From NCBI GenBank assembly GCA_964638425.1, contig CAZWYM010000006.1:3054-67053 (forward strand): a DNA stretch of 64,000 nt, read 5' to 3'. A program made the translations under genes and the position numbers. This DNA comes from an uncultured Candidatus Saccharibacteria bacterium. Lineage in GTDB: Bacteria; Patescibacteriota; Minisyncoccia; Phycocordibacterales; UBA918. The notes under the pieces are model-generated. The model saw only the letters and a program-made list of their open reading frames with translations. It did no database searches and was not told the DNA's origin. Positions 1 through 7,188 of the stretch are shown one piece after another. Every line of letters starts with the position of its first letter. The stretch's first letter is position 1.

Positions 1-550
1 ACCATCAAAGGAAACTGCCACAAAGAGACCGTTGCCGTAGGTTACTGAGAGCCATTGGTTTGCTTCTGACGCAGAGCGAGCAGTCCAATTGATGCCGTCG
101 GGAGAGGTCATGACGCGGTTAGTGCCAGTAGTTGACACCGCAACAAAGAGTCCGTTGCCGTAGGTGACGGAGTACCATGAGTTTGCTTCTGACGCAGCGC
201 GGGCGGTCCAATTGATACCGTCGGGGGAGGTCATGACTTGGTTGGTACCGTCAATAGACACAGCCACGAAGAGACCATTGCCGTAGGTGACGGAGAACCA
301 TGAGTTTGCTTCTGACGCAGAGCGTGCGGTCCACGTGATGCCGTCGGGGGAGGTCATGACGCGGTTGGTGCCGTCAATAGACACAGCCACGAAGAGACCA
401 TTGCCGTAGGTTACTGAGAGCCATTGGTTTGCTTCTGACGCAGAGCGAGCAGTCCAATTGATGCCGTCGGGAGAGGTCATGACGCGGTTGGTGCCTGATT
501 GGGCCACTGCAACGAAGAGTCCGTTGCCGTAGGTGACGGAGCGCCATTGG
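1..550 (-). repeat. 120-bp coding tandem repeat (about 4.5 copies in the window) encoding 40-aa beta-propeller/Asp-box-like blades
   Basis: ttgccgtagg recurs at ~120-nt spacing. Unit: WTARSASEAN(Q/S)W(L/F/Y/R)SVTYGNGLFVAVSxxGTNRVMTSPDGI(N/T). Confidence 0.92.
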
Positions 551-1776
551 TTTGCAAGATTAGCAGCACTCGACGACGCAGCATTCCATTTGATACCAGC
601 AGTGATGAGGTTGCGTGATACTTCCACGTCACCTGACGCAAGAACGGCGAAGGTGTCAGAGGATGTCCCGGTGGTAGTAGCGATACGGAAGAGTGGTGTT
701 TGGTCTCCTGCGATACCGTGTATGGTGAGACGTGCTGATGGTGTACTTGAGCCGATTCCCACTTTCCCATCTTCCATGATGGTAAGGAGTGATGTCGATG
801 CAGAATTCAAGAAGTTTGCGAGGCGTGTTGTAGCACTAGAGCCAGAACCCCATACCGTGAGCTTCGATGAGAGTGTCGAAGTACCAAGAGATAATGAACC
901 TGATGTTGTCGCGTTCACAAAGCCAACTGTTCCAAGGAAATATGGTGATGTATTAAAAACGAGTGAACCGGTTCCTACTTCATCAGTGATGAGTGTTGCG
1001 AGCTCGGAAGATGTGTCGATTGAAGTACTTGAAACCTTGCCGTTGAAGCTCGTCCAATCTGCGCTCGTGAGACAGCCGAAGGTTGCGCTTCCGCTCGTTG
1101 CACACGTGAGCGCACCTGCAGAATTACTGAGTCCGCTTCCGGTGAGGTCGGTAAATGCTTCACCGTTGATGACGAATGTGGTCGTTGTTGCAATGAGGGT
1201 TGTGAGTTCGGTAATCGTTGAGGACGAATTACTGATGATTCCTCCGGTAAAGGTAAGGAGTGCTGATGCGGTGTCTGCTTGGTCGCTCCTGAGGAATGAG
1301 GTGGTTGCAATACCTGCAAAGGTTTGGGTGTTCTTTGCTTCAAACGCAGCGGGTACCGCGCCGAGTACTTTGCGTGGGCTCATTTCACCATCCCATGCAG
1401 GTGAACCAGAACCTCCGATTTCTACTCCGAGGTACAAGGTCTGATTGAAGTCGACACCAGTGAGTGGTGAGGTGCTTCCGAGCATGACGCTGAAGAGGCC
1501 GTTCGTGACCTGCACTTTGTCTGTGCCTGTGAGCGATTCGGTCCACACTGCACTCGTCGTTGCAATGCTCGGTGAGGTGAGAAGCCAGAAGCGCATGTTG
1601 TATGTTCCGTCAGCGACAGCAACATTCGAAGCATTGGTGAGTTTTCCTTGGTAGTTGATTTGCTGATTGATAGCAGCGTCTGTCGTGGTGGTGAGGAGGA
1701 AGAATGGCGCAAGTACAAAGCTCGCAAGAATGAATGCGGTGAAAACTTTATGCGGTTGTACAAAACGAATGCGCAT
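1..1776 (-). CDS. Large secreted fibre/adhesin-like surface protein, N-terminal 592 aa (runs off the left edge)
   Basis: Not in the ORF track. Manual translation from ATG at 1776: MRIRFVQPHKVFTAFILASFVLAPFFLLTTTTDAA (signal peptide), then INYQGKLT...GTYNMRF...VTNGLFSVMLG...EMSPR.LGAVPAA, an S/T-rich stalk with GKVGIGSSTP, then 40-aa repeats. No stop codon through position 1. Confidence 0.9.
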   Translation of the reverse strand, partial: MRIRFVQPHKVFTAFILASFVLAPFFLLTTTTDAAINQQINYQGKLTNASNVAVADGTYNMRFWLLTSPSIATTSAVWTESLTGTDKVQVTNGLFSVMLGSTSPLTGVDFNQTLYLGVEIGGSGSPAWDGEMSPRKVLGAVPAAFEAKNTQTFAGIATTSFLRSDQADTASALLTFTGGIISNSSSTITELTTLIATTTTFVINGEAFTDLTGSGLSNSAGALTCATSGSATFGCLTSADWTSFNGKVSSTSIDTSSELATLITDEVGTGSLVFNTSPYFLGTVGFVNATTSGSLSLGTSTLSSKLTVWGSGSSATTRLANFLNSASTSLLTIMEDGKVGIGSSTPSARLTIHGIAGDQTPLFRIATTTGTSSDTFAVLASGDVEVSRNLITAGIKWNAASSSAANLANQWRSVTYGNGLFVAVAQSGTNRVMTSPDGINWTARSASEANQWLSVTYGNGLFVAVSIDGTNRVMTSPDGITWTARSASEANSWFSVTYGNGLFVAVSIDGTNQVMTSPDGINWTARAASEANSWYSVTYGNGLFVAVSTTGTNRVMTSPDGINWTARSASEANQWLSVTYGNGLFVAVSFDG

Positions 1777-1782
1777 AATGAT

Positions 1783-2511
1783 TTATGGGGTACGTGTCGT
1801 AACCGGAACCATGAGGAAACGATATGCCTCCCCTTCCTTGTTTTTGAATTGTGGTGTGATGACGCCGGTGTCAGGATTTTCAGGATCCACAGAAACATTC
1901 ACCTCATCAGAAAATGAATCCCGCACCGCATCAATCGTCTCCGCAGTGAAGAGTTCGTCGGGCGCCACAATAAGCGACGTCACGGTAGTCGTACCGATGT
2001 GTGTAGCGATTTCTTCATGCTCCATATCAGAAGGAGTTCTCACCGTAATAACCTTCACAACCTCAGTGCGTGGTGAAATAAACTCGTAGAGTGACACTGC
2101 GAGACTCTTGAAAAAGCCTTGTCCTCCAGCATCAGCGACAGTAGCATTTTGGTTCACTGTTCCGAGGTATCCTGTTGCTCCGAGCGAGAGTCCGATAATC
2201 ACAATGACAAGTGTTTCGAGAATTGCAGTTCGATTTTGATTTGCACCACTTCGCGCAAGTGTGCGCATCTTGAGTTCCGATTTTCGTTCGAGACTAATTT
2301 TTCTCCGACGTATCTCGCGAGACTTTTCTGCGTGCGCAAAAAAACTTTTTGCTGAGGGAATGTTGATGTGCCACTTATGTCCGATTTTTTTTCCATCAAT
2401 TTTTCCGTCCTTCGCGAGGAGAAGCATGTAATCTTTCGTGTACCCAAAATGCTTTCCTGCAGTAGTTGCAGTTACGTAATCCTTGCCGTCTATTTGTAGT
2501 TGGCTCGACAT
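1783..2511 (-). CDS. Membrane-anchored excisionase/MerR-like (HTH_17-type) protein
   Basis: N-terminal IDGKDYVTATTAGKHFGYTKDYMLLLAKDGKIDGKKIGHKWHI, a basic linker, one TM segment (ILETLVIVIIGLSLGATGYLG) and a small C-terminal domain. Confidence 0.75.
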   Translation of the reverse strand: MSSQLQIDGKDYVTATTAGKHFGYTKDYMLLLAKDGKIDGKKIGHKWHINIPSAKSFFAHAEKSREIRRRKISLERKSELKMRTLARSGANQNRTAILETLVIVIIGLSLGATGYLGTVNQNATVADAGGQGFFKSLAVSLYEFISPRTEVVKVITVRTPSDMEHEEIATHIGTTTVTSLIVAPDELFTAETIDAVRDSFSDEVNVSVDPENPDTGVITPQFKNKEGEAYRFLMVPVTTRTP

Positions 2512-2845
2512 TGTAAAAAACTAAAATGTACTTACATTGTATAAGTTTTCGCGTTTTTAATTAACAAAAAAAGTACTCACTTCCGTGGATAACTTTTTTA
2601 CAAAAAACTTCACACAAAAAATAAAAATATTTTTATTTTTTAATGCAGAGAAAAAAAATAAATCTATAAAAAATATTTGAAAATTTATTACTCAAAAATA
2701 TTCTCGATGATTACAGCAATTCACTCGTTCAAATCGATTTATAATGCTTCTGGAGTGCATTTAGGAAGCATATGAGCCCATATTGCCTCCGCGCTGCATT
2801 TGTTTCAAAGATTCTGAGTTGAAAACATGGGTAGAGCCTAGACAC

Positions 2846-2881
2846 AAAACAAAAACCGCACATGTGTGCGGTTTTTGTTTT
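2846..2881. terminator. Intrinsic terminator hairpin after the 2880-3851 gene
   Basis: aaaacaaaaaccgcac-atgt-gtgcggtttttgtttt. Confidence 0.8.
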
Positions 2882-3851
2882 ATTTAAAAGATATATTGTT
2901 TAGCCGAGATAACCATATTTTGCTTTGTATAATCTTATTCAGATCAGATGTAGAAAATACATACGTTGTTACAGCCTCTGACTTATTATTCCTTGAGTAA
3001 TCTATAACCTGTGAGAGTGGTAAGGTGCCAAGTATGAGAGCGACAAGTAGCACAACGACTGCAACGTACGGAATGATAGAACCAGCAGGCGTCGGCATCA
3101 AATCTTCCAAAGAAACTTCCTCTTGTGCCGTTATTAGTTGTTCTGTCTCTTTCTCAATTCCCCTTTGAATCGTTGCAGTAGGTTCGATGACGTCGTTATT
3201 GATGAGTCGCTTGATGAAATCAGGCTTCTTTTCAATAACTCTTGAGACAGGCTCATCATTAACAGCAACTTCCTCTGTATCATCCTCACTTACTCCTAGG
3301 GTGCGTACGTTTGGTGAGGTCTTTTCGATTGGAGCACGGGTGATTTTTCCTGGTTTTAGAACAACTGTTTCAGAATCAATCGGTCCGTCGGTTACATCTA
3401 CCACCGTAAGGTCTCCCGACATGACGATATGCTTCCCCTTGTTCTCGATAACCGTCTCATTGAGCCCCTCATCTCCAAAGTCAGACATGCTCTCTGGGAC
3501 TGGTTCGCTTTCTATCTCCAATTTTTTGACTTCAGGAATGAGTTCTTCGCTATCGCTTTCATAACGAATAGCTATATTATTATAGTTATTTTGGGTTTCT
3601 AGCTTTTTGCTTCGGTGTGCCTCAATAGTTTTGTGGGCATACTCCTTTGCCTTCACTCGAGAGGTTCGCTTCTTCTCAACTTTGTGATGACTGAGCTTGT
3701 CCATGTTGACGTACCATGTCCGCCCAATCAAATGCGCGTCCACCTGACCACTTCTGCAGAGCTGACCAACGTAATCAGTAGCATAGCCGAGATCACGAGC
3801 AGCTTTTGATGCCTTTACGTAATCTTTTCCGTCAAGAACAAGTACTTCCAT
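2880..3851 (-). CDS. Second membrane-anchored HTH_17-type protein (acidic linker, C-terminal TM)
   Basis: MEVLVLDGKDYVKASKAARDLGYATDYVGQLCRSGQVDAHLIGRTWYV is paralogous to the 1783-2511 N-terminus. TM IIPYVAVVVLLVALILGTLPL. Start placed at ATG 3851, with TATACT 9 nt upstream. Confidence 0.78.
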   Translation of the reverse strand: MEVLVLDGKDYVKASKAARDLGYATDYVGQLCRSGQVDAHLIGRTWYVNMDKLSHHKVEKKRTSRVKAKEYAHKTIEAHRSKKLETQNNYNNIAIRYESDSEELIPEVKKLEIESEPVPESMSDFGDEGLNETVIENKGKHIVMSGDLTVVDVTDGPIDSETVVLKPGKITRAPIEKTSPNVRTLGVSEDDTEEVAVNDEPVSRVIEKKPDFIKRLINNDVIEPTATIQRGIEKETEQLITAQEEVSLEDLMPTPAGSIIPYVAVVVLLVALILGTLPLSQVIDYSRNNKSEAVTTYVFSTSDLNKIIQSKIWLSRLNNISFK

Positions 3852-3950
3852 ATGACTGTAAGTATATATACTCGTATCCAATATGTACAGGAACTCAGTG
3901 GTATATCGTCTGAACGATAGTAGTACCTAGAGAGTGTTGAATGTAAAATG

Positions 3951-5360
3951 CTACACAATATGCTTCTTGAATAGTTCGAGGAGTGTCTTCGGGTTAGCAG
4001 AACCCTTAGAAAGTTTCATTCCCTGTCCAACGAGGAACTGAAGTGCAGCTTCTTTACCAGCTTTGTATTCAGAAACAACAGTATCATTCTGTGCAATAAC
4101 ATCCATAACAATCGGCACGAGTGCTTCATCAGTATTACTCTGCAATAAACCTCGTTCAGTAGCCAAAACAAGTGGGTCATTTCCCTCTATAACCACCTCG
4201 CGGAGTAAATCCTTGGCAATTCTTGAGTTAATCTTTCCCTCCTTTGCCATACCAATAAGTTTTGCGAAGTATTCTGGGTTACATGAAGAAATACTCACCT
4301 CACTATTCAAATGTGCAATCAAATCAGTCGTGAGATAGTTTGCAAGAAGCTTCGCTGATTCGGTATCGTTAGCTACATACGAAAGAGACTTTGCGTAAAA
4401 TGTATCTAAGTCTAAATCAGAAATAATTGTCTCAATTTGCTTTTTCGTCAATCCGAGAACTTCATATTTTCTGCGCTTATTTTCGGGTAGTTCTGGCATT
4501 TCCTCTGATAGCCGAGATAAGGAGAACTCATCGTAGAGCTCCATATTGAGCTTTGGTAGGTCTGGGTCTGGGAAATATCGGTAATCATTTGCTGACTCCT
4601 TTATACGTTGCGAATAGGTCTTCCCCTTAGCTTCATCCCAGCCACGTGTTTCCTGTATTACCTTTTCTCCTGATTCAATCACTTCTATCTGTCGCTTAAT
4701 TTCGTAGGCAATCGCCCCCTCAACAGACTTAAATGAATTGAGATTTTTTACTTCTACTTTAGTACCAAATGCATCTGAGTCGCTCACTGAAATATTTGCT
4801 TCAACACGCATTTCTCCCTTCTCCATATTTGCGTCTGAAACCTGCAGTGTCCGGAGGAGGAGTTGCAATTCTCGGGCAAAATCGCCCGCGGTCTGCGCGT
4901 CATGAATGACCGGTTCGGTAACCAGTTCCATGAGTGGGACTCCGGCTCTGTTGTAGTCGACGATACTTCCGTCCCCTTGGTCATGAAGTGAACGAGCAGT
5001 GTCTTCTTCAAGATGCACTCGGGTGATAGCAACACCATTGAGTGTTCCTCCCTTCACCAGTGGATAGAGGTACTGACTAATCTGGTACCCTTTTGGAATG
5101 TCTGGATAGAAATAATTTTTTCTATCGAACTCTGTGTACGATGCAAGTTCAGATCCGAGTGCAACACCTACTTTCATAACATGCTTCACTGCAGTTTTGT
5201 TGATGACCGGAAGTGTCCCGGGGTGTCCCATACAGATTGGACACACATGCGCGTTCGCTTCCCCCGCATGCGGTTCGTTTTTTGAGTCACAAAACATCTT
5301 TGTGATGGTCTTGAGCTCAGCATGAACTTCAATTCCTATGGTTGGTCGATACGTTTTCAT
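3951..5360 (-). CDS. gatB: Asp-tRNA(Asn)/Glu-tRNA(Gln) amidotransferase subunit B
   Basis: IGIEVHAEL, CPICMGHPGTLP, FDRKNYFYPD, HLEED, RAGVPLMELVTEP, EVKNLNS, YRYFPDPDLP. Confidence 0.98.
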   Translation of the reverse strand: MKTYRPTIGIEVHAELKTITKMFCDSKNEPHAGEANAHVCPICMGHPGTLPVINKTAVKHVMKVGVALGSELASYTEFDRKNYFYPDIPKGYQISQYLYPLVKGGTLNGVAITRVHLEEDTARSLHDQGDGSIVDYNRAGVPLMELVTEPVIHDAQTAGDFARELQLLLRTLQVSDANMEKGEMRVEANISVSDSDAFGTKVEVKNLNSFKSVEGAIAYEIKRQIEVIESGEKVIQETRGWDEAKGKTYSQRIKESANDYRYFPDPDLPKLNMELYDEFSLSRLSEEMPELPENKRRKYEVLGLTKKQIETIISDLDLDTFYAKSLSYVANDTESAKLLANYLTTDLIAHLNSEVSISSCNPEYFAKLIGMAKEGKINSRIAKDLLREVVIEGNDPLVLATERGLLQSNTDEALVPIVMDVIAQNDTVVSEYKAGKEAALQFLVGQGMKLSKGSANPKTLLELFKKHIV

Positions 5361-5453
5361 GCCCACATACTACCGTTTAGGGGTCATAACGACAAGTTAT
5401 AAACACACGAAACACAATTTTGTCAACAGTTCCCTTTTTTGAATAATAATTCA

Positions 5454-5491
5454 AAAAATCCCCTCAAAAATTGCTTTTTGAGGGGATTTTT
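5454..5491. terminator. Intrinsic terminator downstream of obgE
   Basis: aaaaatcccctcaaaaa-ttgc-tttttgaggggattttt. Confidence 0.8.
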
Positions 5492-5517
5492 AATTTTTGA
5501 AATATACGGCTTATTTT

Positions 5518-6495
5518 CTATTCCTTTTGTGACCTCAAGTGCTTCACGAGTGCGTCACTAAGCTCTTTTACACCGATTCCGAGCTCTCCGGACAAAACGT
5601 GAATGCTCGTCACCCCATGAGCTTTGAACCGAGAGCTCACCTCCAAAATCTCCTCTTCGGTACGTGTATCTGACTTTGTGAGGAGTACCCATTCCTCTTT
5701 TTTGAGTAATTCTGGGTCAAATTTTTCGAGTTCTTCTCGTATCATTTGGTACATTTTGAGTGGGTCTTCATCCTCGAGAGAGACGCAGTGAAGAATCATT
5801 TTTGTTCTCTGGATGTGTTTGAGGAATTTATGCCCCAGACCTTTTCCACTTGAAGCACCCTCGATGAGTCCTGGGATGTCGGCAAGAATGAACCCGTAAA
5901 GTTCACCAAGGTGAGGCTCTACGGTTGTGAATGGGTACGCGCCGACGCGTGCCTTTGTATTCGTGAGTGCGTTAAGCATTGTGGTCTTGCCTGCATTTGG
6001 AAATCCGACAAAACCAATATCAACGATAAGCGAAAGCTCAATCTTGAACGTTCCTTCTTCACCCGGCTTCCCATCGGTCGCCTCTTCTGGTGACCGGTTT
6101 GTAGATGACTTGAAATACTCATTCCCTAAACCACCTCCACCACCAAGGAGAATCTTGTGTACTTCTCCCTCAGAGAAAAAGGTGTGTACACGCCCTCGCT
6201 CAAGCTCCGTAACGGTAGCCCCTACAGGAACGTCAATATACAAATCCTCACCGTCATGGCCGTATTTACTACGTTTTTCGCCTGCATTTCCGTCAGTTGC
6301 AGCAAACTCCTTAGAGCCAGTGTACTTACTGAGAAGGCTCAAATCACGAACAGCCCGCATGTAGATATCACCACCGCGTCCTCCGTTCCCTCCTGCAGGA
6401 CCACCTTCAGCAACATGCTTTTCACGGCGCCAACGAACAACCCCGTTGCCTCCGTGTCCTGCTTTTGCCTTGATTATTAACTCATCTACAAACAT
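5518..6495 (-). CDS. obgE: GTPase ObgE/CgtA (short form, no C-terminal extension)
   Basis: MFVDE...AGHGGNG glycine-rich Obg fold, G1 GFPNAGKT, YPFTT, DIPG, TKSD. Confidence 0.97.
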   Translation of the reverse strand: MFVDELIIKAKAGHGGNGVVRWRREKHVAEGGPAGGNGGRGGDIYMRAVRDLSLLSKYTGSKEFAATDGNAGEKRSKYGHDGEDLYIDVPVGATVTELERGRVHTFFSEGEVHKILLGGGGGLGNEYFKSSTNRSPEEATDGKPGEEGTFKIELSLIVDIGFVGFPNAGKTTMLNALTNTKARVGAYPFTTVEPHLGELYGFILADIPGLIEGASSGKGLGHKFLKHIQRTKMILHCVSLEDEDPLKMYQMIREELEKFDPELLKKEEWVLLTKSDTRTEEEILEVSSRFKAHGVTSIHVLSGELGIGVKELSDALVKHLRSQKE

Positions 6496-6767
6496 AAAAT
6501 ATCAGGACTTTCATAAAGGGTGCGCTTCGTTGTCGAATTTCACAAAATGTCACTCACTGTACAACTCGTACACCTCCCGACATTTTGCTCATTCTTCTAG
6601 AATCGCATCCCTTTCTAAAAGCCCTTTGGAACTTATTCCTAGTAAACCAAACTTCACGACCTGTTAAAGTTAGAATGACTTATGATGCTACACTGATATC
6701 TACAAAAAGTACAGCATTGCACCATAGACTTTTCACCCGCGCTACCCCCGCTCGTCACAGCGAGTGT

Positions 6768-7103
6768 CTAGTCGATGAACTTATTTACGATGCCACTGAT
6801 GATACTTACGAGCACTGAACCGAGGAGCGCAACCCAAAAACTCGAGACATGGAACCCGTCCACAAACGATGCCACGAAGAGAAAGATGCTCGCATTGATA
6901 ACAAAGATGAAGACACCGAGGGTGAGTACGGTAATCGGAAGCGTAAGGATGACGAGAATTGGACGAACCACTGCATTAAGGATTCCGAGGAAGAATGCTG
7001 CAATAACTGCGGGGTAGAGCCCAGTGACTTCGATACCTGGAATGATGTACGTAACCAAGACGAGTGCAAAAACGGTAGCGATGAGTCTCGAAAGAAATTT
7101 CAT
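6768..7103 (-). CDS. YvlD-like 4-TM membrane protein (phage holin family annotation)
   Basis: GILNAVVRPILVILTLPITVLTLGVFIFVINA signature. Start at ATG 7103. Confidence 0.85.
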   Translation of the reverse strand: MKFLSRLIATVFALVLVTYIIPGIEVTGLYPAVIAAFFLGILNAVVRPILVILTLPITVLTLGVFIFVINASIFLFVASFVDGFHVSSFWVALLGSVLVSIISGIVNKFID

Positions 7104-7131
7104 ATAGTCGTAGTATATAACTATGTCGAAG

Positions 7132-7167
7132 AAACGCAAAAGCTCCCGTATGGGAGCTTTTGCGTTT
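7132..7167. terminator. Intrinsic terminator downstream of secA
   Basis: aaacgcaaaagctccc-gtat-gggagcttttgcgttt. Confidence 0.85.
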
Positions 7168-7188
7168 TAGGAATGTATCTTTAGTAGC

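Noticed and set aside
1-550. Diversity-generating retroelement TR/VR pair
   Set aside because: These are in-frame tandem coding repeats, the differences are not adenine-specific, and there is no reverse transcriptase in the window.
533-1444. 303-aa + strand ORF
   Set aside because: Antisense shadow of the real minus-strand surface protein (1-1776).
6768-7103. Prophage suggested by the holin-family gene and Xis-like HTH proteins
   Set aside because: YvlD-like proteins are common chromosomal genes; no integrase, terminase, capsid or lysin was seen.
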